Positions 39,312 through 52,304 of a stretch of DNA of 64,000 nucleotides are shown piece by piece. The notes under the pieces are model-generated. The model was not told where the DNA came from and did no database searches. It worked only from the letters and a program-made list of their open reading frames with translations. Position 1 is the first letter of the stretch, and every line of letters begins with the position of its first letter. A program made the position numbers and the translations under genes. The DNA is from Eledone cirrhosa (taxonomy: Eukaryota): contig OZ024742.1 in the NCBI GenBank assembly GCA_964016885.1, positions 179,490,001 to 179,554,000 of the forward strand, in the 5' to 3' direction.

Positions 39312-42300
39312 TTGATGTTCCAGAACAATATAAAAGAGATAATTGGCAATTTAGGTTCTGGAACAAAAAAGATAATTGGCAATAAGGGCAGGGGCCCCAG
39401 GTTATCACAGCATGGGCCCGCTCGTCATCGTGCCATTGTAATAGAGCCAAACAAGGCATTTAGTCTTGGCTGCTGGAACGTACGGACGCTGCTTGACAGG
39501 GATTCCTTGGAGCGTCCTGAACGAAGGACCGCTCTTGTTGCATAGGAGCTTCGACGTTACGATCTTGACATCGTGGTTTTATCTGAGACGAGGTTAGCTG
39601 GAGATGGTTATCTTACAGAATTTTGTGGAGAATATACATTCTTCTTGAAAGGAAAAGATGAATGAACCAGAAGAGAGGCTGGGGTAGGATTTGCTGTTAA
39701 GACTGTGCTTGTGAATAAATTAGAAGAATTCCCAGTAGGGATTAGTGAGCGTCTTATGTCCATGAGAATTCCGCTGGACAAAGAAAGATATGCGATCCTG
39801 GTGAGCGTGTATGCTCTAACTATGAATTCTGTCGATGAAGAAAAAGTGTCCTTTTACCATGCCTTGAAATGTGTTTTAAGAAATATCCCTCAGGCAGACA
39901 AAGTCATCGTGCTTGGTGACTTTAATGCTAGAGTGGGTAGGTATTTTAACATATGGAATGTAATCGGAAAAAAGGTGGGAAAGTGTAACAACAATGGTAT
40001 GCTCCTGCTGCAGATGTGTGAGGAGCTGGATCTGTGTGTTACCAACACCATGTTCCAACAAAAGAACAAATTCAAGACCACATGGATGCATCCTGCATCT
40101 AAGGAATGGCATCTAAGGAATACGTCCTAGTCAGGATGCGTGACAGACAGGGTGTGCAGTGTGTTCGTGCTCTTCGTGGAACTGAGTGCTGGACGGACCA
40201 CCACCTGGTACGCGCAAAAGTGAAACTAATCACTAAATGTAAAATCCGGGCTCCTGGTTTTGCCCTGCCCAAAAGATTGAATGCTGCTCGTCTTAAGGAT
40301 AAAAATGTGAAGAGGACATTGGAAGAAGAGATGCAGGCTGCAGATCTTGGTGAGGATTGGCCGACCATTAAAAAGTAGGTTTATGATGTAGGCATGTTCT
40401 GGGATTGGTGCAGAGAAAACATCAGGACTGGTTTAATGAGAATGATGTGCATATAGAAGACTTGTTGGCTGATAAGAGGCGTGCTCTGTCACGCTACTTG
40501 ACGGCAAAACCACAGGAGAGGAATACGTTGCATGAGGAACTCAAGGATGTAAAATCACGTGTTAGGCGGAGTCTTTCTCAGATGAAGGATCAGTGGTGGA
40601 GTGAGAAGGCTGGTGAGATACAAACTGCGTCAGATTCCAATAACACAAAGCTGTTGTACAGTCTCTTGCGTGAGGTTTATGGACCGTCTTCTTCTCTGGT
40701 GACACCGCTTCGCAGCAAGGATGGCAAAGAACTTCTTCGTGACTCACAAGGAATTCTACGAAGGTGGCGAGAGCACTTTGATGGTCTTTTGAATCAGCCG
40801 TCTGTCGTCAGTAAAGATTTCCTCAATCTCATTCCAGAAAGTCCTGTGAAAGTAGCTCTCGCAGAACCTCCGACGCTTGTGGAGGTTGCAGTGGCTATCT
40901 CGAAGCTGAACAGTGGAAGGTCTCCAGGTATGGATGGCATACATGCTGAGCTCCTACAATATGGTGCTTAGAGACTCCTGCAACATCTTTACTCTTTGTT
41001 TGGCAGGATATGGGCTAATGAATCCGTACCTGAGGACTGGAGAGATGCAGTAATGGTGGTCTTGTACAAGGGAAAGGGTAACAGGAATGATTGTGGGAAC
41101 TACAGAGGTATATCATTGCTTTCTGTCGTAGGGAAAGTTTTATGTAGGGTGCTTCTGGACCGTCTGCTGACACACATTGCAGATTGTGTTCTTCCTGAAA
41201 GTCAATCTGGTTTTCCTGCTGGGCACGGCACTACTGATATGATCTTCTCAGCTAGACAGCTCCAGGAAAAGTGCATGGAACAAGGCTTGGATCTGTATCA
41301 GGTTTTTGTCGATCTGACAAAAGCTTTCGATACTGTTAACAGAGATGCATTATGGAAGGTTCTCCAGAAACTTGGTTGCCCTGATAAGTTCCTTGCTTTA
41401 GTTAGGTCTTTCCATGACGACATGAAGGCTTGGGTTAATGTCGGAGGTAACTTGTCGGAGCCTATCTCAGTAAAAAATGGAGTGAAACAGGGGGATATTC
41501 CAGCACCGACCCTGTTTGCCATATACTTTGCAATGGTTTACTGTATTGCATTCAGGAATTGCGAGCATGGTGTTTACATCCGATATCGAACCTCAGGCAG
41601 CATATTTAACATCAGGCGCTTTGCTGCGAAGACAAAAGTATTTACATCAATCATAAGAGACCTCTTGTATGCAGCTGATTGCGATCTTGTAGCGCACACA
41701 GAGAGTGATATGCAGCACATTTTGAATGCATTTTCTGACGCTTGCACTGCCCTAGGATTGACTGTCAGAACAAGAAAACCGTCGTCATGTACCAACCTGC
41801 TCCTGGTAAGCAGTACACTGAACCAAATATCTATGTGTTTGGCAAACGACTTGGAGTGGTTGATCAGTTTGTCTACCTGGGAAGCACTGTCAATCGATAC
41901 AGCAACCTTGACAGTGAAATCTCACTTAGGATTAGGAAAGCAAGTGATGCTTTCGGAAAGCTGGAAAGGCGACTCTGGGGTCGGCGAGACATATGCAGGA
42001 GGACAAAGGTAAAGGTGTACAGGGCATGTGTGCTCTCTTGTCTTCTTTATGCCTGCGAGACCTGGGTCACATATCGACACCACCTTAAGCAATTGGAGCG
42101 TTTCCATCAGATGTGTCTCAGACGGATCCATGGCGTTCACTGGAGGGACCACATCAGTGATGTCGAGATTTTGGAAAGCTCTATGTGTGACAGTATAGAA
42201 GCTCTTGTGCTTAAGCAACGACTCCGTTGGAGTGGTCACCTTGCCAGGATGAAGGATTCTAGAATACCAAAACAACTCTTTTATGGAGAGTTGGTTAAAG

Positions 42301-42907
42301 GAAAACGACAGCCACATAAACCAAAAAAGAGGTATAAGGATTCGTTGAAAGCCTCATTGAAAGACATTAACATCTCTGCTGATACATGGGAAAGCGTAGT
42401 TGCTGATCGTAATAAATGGAGAAAGACTCCGCATGAGGGTAAAGTTTCTTTTGAAACATCTCAAATCGCATACGAGAAAGTGAAAAAAGGATATAAGGAA
42501 GGGCATTTTTGTTGCATTTCCAGACAACGAAGGTACTCCTATGGCACTGACATGCTTCGCAGTCATAAAGTGAGACCAGTGGTTGACTACCAGGCTGCTG
42601 TCGAAGATGTTGCTCATCATACCTGTCAAGCATGTGGAAGAGAGTGTAGATCAGCAGGAGGGCTCAAACGACATGCGAAAGTACATGAAATCCAAAGACA
42701 GCCGGCTGTTGCCAGTGAATGTTTTGGTTGCCAACTCTGTGAAAGACACTTTAGATTATTGGCTGGGAAAAGAGGGAGAAATAGGGGTATAGGTAAGATG
42801 AAGGGTTAAATGTTATCTATATCCTTTTACAATTGCATGCTATTAGTCTTCGAAGGATCTTATTTATAAGCGATATAATTGAAATACCTTAATCAAAGAG
42901 TTGGTAG
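39312..42907 (+). mobile_element. Near full-length RTE-clade LINE (APE endonuclease, RT, C-terminal C2H2 zinc fingers), inactivated
   Basis: LGCWNVRTL, LGDFNARVG, TWMHP.SKEWH, WTDHHLV, NYRGISLLS, FVDLTKAFDTV, GVKQGD..APTLF, LYAAD (YADD mutated), F.YLGS, LRWSGHL.RM...RIPKQ and CQACGREC..H...H. Several stops and frameshifts. Confidence 0.93.
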
Positions 42908-42916
42908 CTTCTCAGT

Positions 42917-45699
42917 GGTAGTAAACGCTTCTGACTTCCAGGTTATAAATAAATATCTCTTTAACGCTCAATCATCTATAAATATAATTTTATTCGTCGA
43001 AAAGGAATGTAGGAGTCATGTTACCATAATTCTTCGCGCGTCCGTATCATTTCCTGGTCAGCTCGGTCTGTCTGGTCTCTCGAGTGCTGTCTGAGGTTTT
43101 TTTTACCGGAGAGCGAGAGTGAGATTGACCATGTATTCATACGCAACTTCCCATCGGTCAGTTTGACCTTATTGCCTTTTAAAATGTTGCTATTGCGAGG
43201 TGCGACATAGTTCCACTTATTCACCGTCTGCTTAGACTGGAAGGCAGTCGATAAAATTGAGGAGAAATTGTCTGTAAAGGTAACATAAGTCATGCAAAGC
43301 AAATACAAAAATGAAGAAAAATTAGAAAAAAGAATAGTTCATACGTAAATTGTTTTACAAAGTTTATTGGGCCAATGGACTTTTTGTTTGCGGTGGTGTT
43401 TGTATTGACACATTGTAGGAGCGGAGAGTATGAGGCTCTGGTGTGAGAGCATCTGTGTAGGTCCGCTTTAGTCTGTCAATAGAGACTGTGTCTTTATGTC
43501 CATTAAAGTTAATGGTGAAATGTTTATCTGTACGTGCAAGTACGCGATAGGGTCCAGAATAAGGTGGAGTGAGAGGACTTCTCACTGCGTCATTTCTGAC
43601 AAAAACATGGGTCCACGAGGCAATGTCCCTCGGAACCGAAGATTGAATGGTTTATTGCCTAGTGTTCATAGGAGACAGGACTTGAACATACGCACACAAG
43701 CGGGTCAATTATAGTGTAGGGTCCTGAGTAGCAAGGTCAACTGGGGCAAGCATCTGCCCTGGCAGAGATAATGTAGTGCAGTACAAAAGCTCGGCTGGAG
43801 AGAATCCAAGATCTTCTTTCATTGAGGTGCGGATACCACGTAATACTATGGGGTGGTAGTCGCTCCAATGTAGAGTATCCGGATAGGCACGCAATACGGC
43901 CTTTAACTGGCGATGAAAACGCTCTACCATTCCATTAGATGCAGGGTGGTAACTGGTAGTCCTGATGCGTTGAGCGCCGATGATATTCGATAGATCCCTG
44001 AAAAGTTGGGATTCAAACTACCTACTACGATCTGTAGTAATAGTGGTAGGAACCCCATAGCGCGATATCCATCCAGAAACCAGGGCTCGCGCTACAGATT
44101 CAGCAGTAATGTCACTAAGAGGAATGACTTCAGGCCATGGGTGAAACGGTCAATACAGGTCAGGATGTATGAACATCCACGACTGGCAGGCCAAAGTCCA
44201 ACGATATCAATGTATATGTGGCAAAAACGTGCGTCAGGTGTCCTTATGTGCCGAGATGTGCGCGAATATGTTTATGCATCTTCGACTTTTGACAAGATAA
44301 ACAGGAACGTGACCAAGCAGTGATATCACGTCTCATATTCGGCCAGAAGAATCTAGCTGAAATGAGTTTCACTGTGGCCGAAATTCCGGGGTGTGCCAAA
44401 CTATGTAGAGAATCGAAAACTATTCGACGATGAGTCTCTGGTACCAGAGGGCGAGGTGAATCTGTCACACAGAATCTGAGAGTCCGAAGTGGGTACAGGC
44501 AGGTATTTAAATTTGCAGGTTGCAAATTCAGGTGAAGACAGATCCAATGACTATAGGGTGGGCTGTTCTGCAGCCATAAGATGTAAGTCAACAGTCGCAG
44601 GTGCTGACAAAGCATTGATGGGTAGGCAAGATGACGCATCCGCCGCTGTGTTTTGTTCACCCAGTATATGAAGAATGTCATTCGTAAACTGGGATATGAA
44701 GTCCAAGTGACGAGTTTCTCGAGGTAAGTATTTGTCCGGATTGGAACCGAGTGCGAACGTATGTGGACGATAGTCAGTATAGATCATAAACTGACGGCCT
44801 TCCAGTGAATGTCGAAAGTGTTTCACAGCAAGGAAAATGGCTAACAGTTCGCGGCCGAAAGTGCTATAGCGGGATTCGGCAGGCTTCAGCTGCTTAGACA
44901 AGAAAGCAAGAGGTTGAAGCTGTTGTTGGTGATGCTGTTGCAATACTGCATCTACCGCTGTGCTTGATGCATCAACAACCAGCGAAAACTGGGCACCAGA
45001 CACAGGGTGAGCAAGCAGAGATGCTTTTGCTAAATTCTGTTTAGCTTTGGAGAATGCTTCAAGTTGCATGGGTCCCAAAGTGATTGGCTCGTTCTTCTTA
45101 TTTCTGTTACACAGGAGATCCGATTGTGGAGCTAAGAGTTCTGCGCAATGCAGGATAAACCGACGATAATAATTTAGGAGGCCCAGGAACTGCCGCAGCT
45201 GTCGCAAAGAAGTAGGTGGAGGGAGTTCCTGAAGAGCCTTCACTTTCTCAGGAAGTGGGAATATTCCCTCAGAGTTTATCACATGGCCTAAAAAGACGAG
45301 TGAAGCAGCGCCAAAAATACACTTCGCAGGGTTAATGCGAACTTGGTACTGCTTAAATTGTTCAAACAGTTGGCGGAGGTGCGAGATAAGGTAGTAAACG
45401 TTTCTGACTTCCAGGATATAAATAAATAGCTCTTTAACGCTCAATCCTCTTTAAATATAATTTTATTTGTCAAAAAGGAATGTAGAGGTCATTTTACAAT
45501 AATTCTTCGCGCGTCCGTATGATCTCCTGGTCAGCTCGGTCTGTCTGGTCTCTCAAGTGCTGTCTGAGGTTTTGTTTTTTTTACCAGAGAGTGAGAGTGA
45601 GATATACCATGTATTCATACGCAACTTCCCATTGGTCAGTTTGACCTTCTTGCGTATGAAAAAATGTTGCTATTGCGAGGTGCGACGTAGTTCCACTAC
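42917..45699 (-). mobile_element. Internally deleted Gypsy LTR retrotransposon retaining both ~305-bp LTRs (42917-43218, 45390-45699)
   Basis: The LTRs are similar direct repeats with TGTAGT...ACTACCA-type termini on the minus strand. Internal sequence has the RT C-terminus (FLGHVI, QFLGLLNYYRRF), RNase H (VDAS, ELLAI), HHCC, integrase (MVERFHRQLK) and GPY/F (PPYSGPY). gag, protease and the RT N-terminus are absent. Confidence 0.88.
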
Positions 45700-46360
45700 A
45701 GGGGTAGGATGCGGTAATAAGAGGGAAAGGGAATAAAAGAAGAGGGGCAAGGGGAAAGAGGGATAAGTGTGCTAAGTGGTAAAGATGAAAGAGTGATGAG
45801 TGAGGGGGAATGAGGGAGGGAAGTTGTAAAGAAGCGAAGAAAGGGTAAGAAGGAAGGGGGAAAATAGGTTAAAAGTGTTTGGAGTAGTGAGGAAAGGGAG
45901 ACCAGTGACGAGAGAAGAAGGGGTGAGGGGGGATAAGCGGAGAAATAGTTAGGGTACGTCGAGGAAAAGGGGGAAGTGAAGGGAGAAGAGAAGGAGAATT
46001 AGGAGAATCAGGAAAGTCAGGAAGGTGAAATGTGAGGGGAATGGAGAAGAGAAGGAAGGGCGAGGAAGGGAAGTATAGGGGGAGAGAGGAAGTGGATGAA
46101 GGGGAGGAAAGGGGAAGGGGAGAAAGGTTTGGAATGTCTGACATAGGTGTAAATGGTAGAAAGAGATATAAAGAGGTGGAAAGAGGAGGGAGTAGGGGAA
46201 GAATGTGAAGAACCGGTAAAGAGGGGAAAACAGAAGGAAAGAGAAGAAATGTCAAGGGAAAGGAAGGGGTAAAATGAGGAGAGTGAGGAAGGGGAGGAAT
46301 GGCTAGAAGGAGAGAACAAAGAGGAGAGGGGCGTAGGTGAGAAAGGAGATGAAAAAGGAG
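45700..46360 (+). repeat. Third, partial copy of the polypurine tract
   Basis: Matches ~34400-35020 (aggtttggaatgtctgacataggtgt..gaaccggtaaag). Confidence 0.88.
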
Positions 46361-46459
46361 TTGAAGATCCTGTTGTCATTCTATGAGAAGTCAAGAATGT
46401 CACGTCATCGGTATTTTTGGCCACTCATGGCCGTCCTATATTTGGTTACTTTCATTCGT

Positions 46460-47061
46460 CACCTATCAATTAAAGTTGTTTCTTAAATCGGAATTACTAC
46501 TGTAGGAGGTAAGGGGTTGTATGATTGGACCGCTCGCGCCCCGTCGCTGCCTTCTCACCTGTAGGCGCCCTCACCCATGTCCATGTTTCGCGCCGGCGTG
46601 ATAGAGAAGGGCACTTATACACCCACAGCGACCACGTACACACCTGCAACTGTATTATATGCGACAATCACAGTAGATATTGAATGTGCAGCGGATACTT
46701 AGAAAGAATTTTAAAAAAAAAGGAAAAACATTTAACAGAATGTTTCAGAAAAACAAAGCCGCAAAATACCTTAAAAAACACATTTCAAAAAGAAAAACCC
46801 AGTAAAAAGAACGTTTTTAAAAGAATACTTGAAATAGTCTTTCAAAAAAGTTAATTTAAAGGTATCTTTGATAAATATACACATATCTACACACACACAC
46901 TTTACTCGGGAAAGCGTATATAAGCGTATAGTATATATACAGATATGTGCAGGCGCCTACAGGAGAAAAGGCAGCGACAGGGCGCGAACAGTTCAATCAT
47001 ACAACCCCTTACCTCCTACAGTGGTAATTCCGATTTAAAAAACAACTTTGATTGACAGGTG
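46460..47061. mobile_element. MITE-like element with 110-bp imperfect TIRs (46460-46569, 46952-47061)
   Basis: cacctatcaattaaagttg..ctgtaggaggtaaggggttgtatgattg..ggcgcc versus its reverse complement. Confidence 0.8.
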
Positions 47062-47126
47062 AACTCTCTATTTTATTCTATAATTCCCAATATTTTTCTT
47101 AAATTAACTTCAAATAATTTGGGATC

Positions 47127-47479
47127 ATGGTTTATTTCACTATGTTATCACATAAAATAATATATATCTTCTATTGTTTCCTGCTGGTGATTCCCTTCTC
47201 AGCTTCTGCTCAATTTCTATATCCAAAGCAAAAAATGCCCCAAAGGGGGTTACATGAGAAGATTGAACTTTTCGCTAACACTTTGCTTCGAGTTGAAAAT
47301 ATGGTTGGAGCTGCTGTAGCTGTGGTCAAGAATGATCAAGTGGTATACTCACAAGGTTTTGGTCGACGTAATATAAACAGCGATGATAGAGTTAATAATA
47401 ATACATTATTTGGTATAGCTTCTTTAACGAAACCATTTGCAGCAGCAACTCTAGTGAAGGTTATTGAAGATCAGAAAAA
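47127..47479 (+). pseudogene. Duplicated orphan exon 1 of the beta-lactamase-like gene (homology 47064 to ~47605)
   Basis: About 95% identical to 23384-23736 with an intact frame and donor site. SLTKAF has become SLTKPF. No exons 2-5 were found downstream in the window. Confidence 0.8.
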
Positions 47480-47639
47480 GTAAGTTAACATATTTTTTAC
47501 ACTTGCCTGATTTTTTCTGGTTTTCTTTTGTTATTTTTTAATCGTATGTTCAAGCATGAAAGGGCAGTGCCCATGGCTCTGATCCCCCGGGACTGCTGGT
47601 GGAGGGAGATTTTATATACAATTTATTTACTTTTATGTG

Positions 47640-47790
47640 ACGAATTGACAGAATAGTTAGCTCGCTGGATTACATGGTTCGGTATTTGTTGTCTCTGCGA
47701 TCTTTGTTGAAATCACGCCGCGATAACCATAGCCTTTTATCTTTTACGGGTGTCGATAAATAAAGTCTCAGTTCATTAGTGCTGGATTCT
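47640..47790 (+). mobile_element. Diverged SINE family A
   Basis: gccttttatcttttacgggtgtcgataaataaagt. Confidence 0.55.
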
Positions 47791-48257
47791 CTGCGATATA
47801 TACTCCGGATCTGTTCATTCTCTGTTTAGATCCCACCTGTTGCCGCCGGAAAAAAAAACACGGTCGCGCTTCTGCTAGAAGATATAGACAGAATATAGCA
47901 CCCGCAAAGTAAAAACTGATAGAAATATTGTTTTCTTGTTTTGATCTGACGATCGATTTTTATATTTAGTTGTCACCACAAAGCAATATGTTTCTAGTTG
48001 TGTAATTTTGAGAAGATATGCAAAACCATCACGAAAATGTATGTTACACTCTCTTCTGTATGTATACATGTATGTAAGAAGCAAGAAGGTAACCTCGATA
48101 TATCTTGACCTGTTAGACATAGCAGTCGAACCCTTCTCAAATCACAAAATATTGGCTTATCTAGGTATGTATGAGACCCCGACACTACAACTAGACGTAG
48201 CAGAAATAACCAAATTTTCATTAAACCACACTTTACAGACTTGTATATATGAATGTG

Positions 48258-48365
48258 AAAGCGCGTGGTTTAGGGTGTTAGGTTCACGATCGTAATGTGT
48301 TGAGCTCAATTCCCGGTGGCAGTCTGTGTCATTGAGTAAGACACTTTATTTCCAGTCAACTAACA
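48258..48365 (+). mobile_element. SINE family B
   Basis: gcgcgtggtttag A-box, gagctcaattcccgg and ttgagtaagacactttattt. Confidence 0.7.
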
Positions 48366-48392
48366 AAATTGAGTTTTTTTGGCAGTGTCATG

Positions 48393-48456
<64 letters not shown>

Positions 48457-48664
48457 GTATTTATTTGTTCTCGCTCGTCAGTTCTTTCGTTGCTACGGAC
48501 CCCGTTGCTGAATTACCGGTCGCTATCTTCAATTTGGAAAACCCCTTTAAATTGTATGTTATTACTCTGAGGTTTTATACATTGTCGAGTGCTTGGCTGC
48601 ATTTCTGAATGCATTCGTCGGCTTAGCTGCGGCTCGAGCTTCGAATATGCTGTACGTCTATTTG

Positions 48665-48728
<64 letters not shown>

Positions 48729-48730
<2 letters not shown>

Positions 48731-49340
48731 TGGCATTTATAGAGGCGTTTGAAATGTTGCGATCCAAACTCAGACGTCGCTATAAATAATAACACATCTG
48801 GTATTGAGTGTAGTTATGATAATTTTTTCTCGTTAATAACGAGGTAGGGGTTATCAATTTCCACATAGTTGACCTCCACCCACTCTCACTTGATAATTGT
48901 TTCTTTTTTTACTCTCGCAATAAACATCTCTGCATCTAGTATTGTTGTTGTTTGTTTGTTTGTTCTACTCTGCCAGGATGGGGAGGGGGGACGTGAACAG
49001 TGCCCTCCTTCCACCGACATTTACAGCTTCTATATAAACCAGCTTTACTACAGCCACCACCTCTCGTAACCACCTGGTTCCATACCAGCAACCAGGTGCA
49101 TTCGGCAACTAGTCCAGGCTAGGCTTCGCTGCTCGTCAAGCCGAAGAGTGCAAACTATCGAAATATCGGTTGCTCTCTGATAGGTTCGTGATCGAAATTG
49201 TAGCAGTGGAGACTTCCAGCGTTCTTGGGGGCGAATTTGGCCACACAGAAAAGTTAGCACCGCCAGTTGGAGTGACTATTCCAACGCCCCTCCTTCGTCA
49301 TACCCCATTCTGTCTACTGCGAATGCGAGGCTGCCTGCAG
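48729..49340. repeat. Head of the duplicated composite unit (copy 2)
   Basis: Matches 33485-34060 with a ~37-bp indel near 48980. Confidence 0.85.
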
Positions 49341-52300
49341 AAATAAAAGGGAAAGAAGGGGAGAGGAATGGGGAGTGAGGAGGAGAAGGAGGAATGGAAG
49401 ACATGGGGGTAAAGAAGAGGAATAGAGATAAAGAGGGGGAAAGACGAAGAAAGAGAAGCAAAGAGGGCGAACGAGGGGACACGAGAGTGGGGAAAGAGAG
49501 GAGGAAACTGTGGAGAGGTGAGAAAGGTGAGTGGGGAGAATGAAGACGGTGAGGAAACAGAGGGGAGTGGATAAAGTGGCAGGAAAGGGGGTAAGAAGTT
49601 GTAGAGGGGAAGAAGAGATAAAATGGGGAAAGAAGGAAATGAGGGAAAGAGGAGAGAAATGGGTAAGAAGAGGAACAGGGATAAAAGAAGAGGGGCAGGG
49701 GGAAAGAGGGATAAGTGTGCTAAGTGGTAAAGAGGAAAGAGTGATAAGTGGGGGAATGAGGGAGGGAAGTGGTAAAGAAGCGAAGAAAGGATAAGTAGGA
49801 AGGGGGGAAATAGGTTGAAATTGTGGGAAAGGGAGGCCAGCGACGAGAGTGAAGAAGGGGGTGAGGGGGATAATGGCAGACATAGTGGGGGGACGTCGAG
49901 GAAAAGGGGGAAGTGCAGGGAGAAGAGAAGGAGAATTAGGAGAATCGGGAAAGTCAGGAAGGTGAAAAATGTGAGGGGAATGTAGAAGAGAAGGAGGGGC
50001 GAGGAAGGGAAGAATAGGAGGAGAGAGGAAGTGGATGAAGGGGAGGAAAGGGGAAGGGGGAAAGGTTTGGAATGTCTGACATAGGTGTAAGTGGTAGAAA
50101 GAGATATAAAGAGGTGGAAAGAGGAGGGAGTAGGGGAAGAATGTGAAGAACCGGTAAAGAGGGGAAAACAGAAGGAAAGAGAGGAAATGTTAAGGGAAAG
50201 GGAGGGGGAAATGAGGAGAGTGAGGAAGGGGAGGACTGGCTAGAAGGAGAGAACAAAGAGGAGAGGGGCGTAGGTGAGAAAGAGATGGATAAAAAGGAGA
50301 GAAAGGAGAGGAAAAAGGAGACGAAGTGGGAGGAAACAGTTGAAAGAGGGGGAATATCGGGAAGAGGAGCAGTGTGAGAAGATGAGATAAAGAAAGAAAA
50401 AAGAGAAAGAGGGGGAAATAGAAGGAAAGGCCGGAAGGTGAAGTAGGGAAGAAATGGGAGGAATGGGATGAATGAAGAAGAGGAGGGAGAAGGGGAAGGA
50501 ACGGAGCAATTGTGTTAAAGAGAGACGAAGAGGGGGTAAGGGGAGGAAAGGAAGGACGAGCAGGGGAGAAAGAGGAGGAAGGGAAGGAAAGAGTGGGAAC
50601 TGGGGTAAGATAAGAAAGATGAGTTGGAAAGGGAGGTAAAGTGTGGGAAAGAGGACAAGATTGGGAACGAGGAAAAAAGGAGAAACAGAGGCAAAGAGGG
50701 AAGAGGGAGAACTAGGGAAACAGAGGCAAATAAGGAAAAGGGAGAAATGGGGAAAACAGAGGCAAAGTGGGAAAAGAGGGAGAATAGGTGAAACAGAGGC
50801 AAAGAAGGAAGAGGGAGAAATATGGGAAACACGGGCAAAGAAGAAAGTGGAAAAATAGGGAAACAGAGGCAAAGAAGGAAGAGGGCGAAATAGGGAAACA
50901 GAGGTAAAGAAAGAAGAGGGAGAAATAGGTAAACAGAGGCAAAGAAGGAAGAGGGGAATAGGGGAAACAGGGGCAAAGAAGGAAGAGGAAATATAGGGGA
51001 AGTCAGAGGCAAAGAAGGAAGAGGAAAAAATAGGGGAAACAAAGGCAAAGAAGGAAGAATGAGAAATAGGGAAACAGAGGCAAAGAAGCAAGAGGGAGAA
51101 ATAGGTAAGCAGAGGCAAAGAAGGAAGAGAGAGAAATAGGGGAAATAGAGGCAAAGAAGGAAGGGGAGAAATAGGGAAATAGAAACAAAAAAGTAATAGG
51201 GAGAAATAGGAGAAATAGAGGTAAAAAAGGAAGAGGAAGAAATAGGGAACACAGGCAAAGAAGGAAGAGAGGGAAGAGAGAAAAGAGAGGTTAAGAAGAC
51301 GTTAGAAAGGAAAGGGAGAGAAGTCACGAAGTGAAGGTGTCGATGGGGACGAATGGGGAAACGGGAGGAAGGGGAGGAAAGGCAAAATGAGATGAAAGGG
51401 GATCTATTGTTGGAAAAGGGAATGAAAAGTGGAAAAGAAGTGGAAGGGTGAGGCAGAGGTGGCAGAAGAGGTATAGATGGATAGAGCAAGGAGAGCAATG
51501 GGAAGAAGAATAGAAAGGGCAACAAGGAGAGTAAGGAGAGCAAGGAGAGTAAAGAGAGTAAGGAGAGCAAGGAGTGTAAAGAGAGTAAGGAGAGCAAGGA
51601 GTGTAAAGAGAGTAAGGAGAGCAAGGAGTGTAAAGAGAGTAAGGAGAGCAAGGAGTTTAAAGAGAGTAAGGAGAGCAAGGAGTGTAAAAGAGCAAGGAGT
51701 GTAAAGAGAGTAAGGAAAGCAAGGAGTGTAAAGAGAGTAAGGAGAGACTGAGAGCAAGGAGAACAATGGGAACCTGGATAGTAAGGAAGGCAAGAGGGTA
51801 AGGAGAGCAAGGAGGAGAACAAGGACAACAAGGAGAGCAAGGAAAGCAGGAATAGAAGGAGAACAAGGAGAGCAAGAATCAGTCAGGAAAGTAAGGAGAG
51901 CAAGGAAAGCAGAGATAGAAGGAGAGTAATGAGAACAATGGAAACAAGGAGAGCTAGGAGAGTAAGAGGGATAGGGAGAAAGAGATCAGAGAGCAAGGTG
52001 TGCAAGGAAGAAGTCTGTAAGAGAGCATGGAGAGCAAGTGATGTGTGTGTAAAAATACTAGGAGAGCAAGGATAGCGAGTAAAGCATGGAAAATATGTGT
52101 AAGAGTGCAAGGAGAGCAAAGAAAGCAGCGACCATAAGGGGAACAAAGAGGGGACGTTGTGCAGGAAAGAGGGGAAACGAGTGGGAAAGTCAGGGAGAAG
52201 AGAAAGAGGGAAGGAAAGAGAAAGAATTAGAGGGAAACAGAGGCGAGATAGAAGGAAATGGGAAAAGATATGACAGGGAAAATAGGTAGAGGGAAAAAAA
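49340..52300 (+). repeat. ~3-kb polypurine tract (copy 2)
   Basis: Colinear with 34060-36855 but differs in internal repeat copy numbers. Confidence 0.92.
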
Positions 52301-52304
52301 TCTT

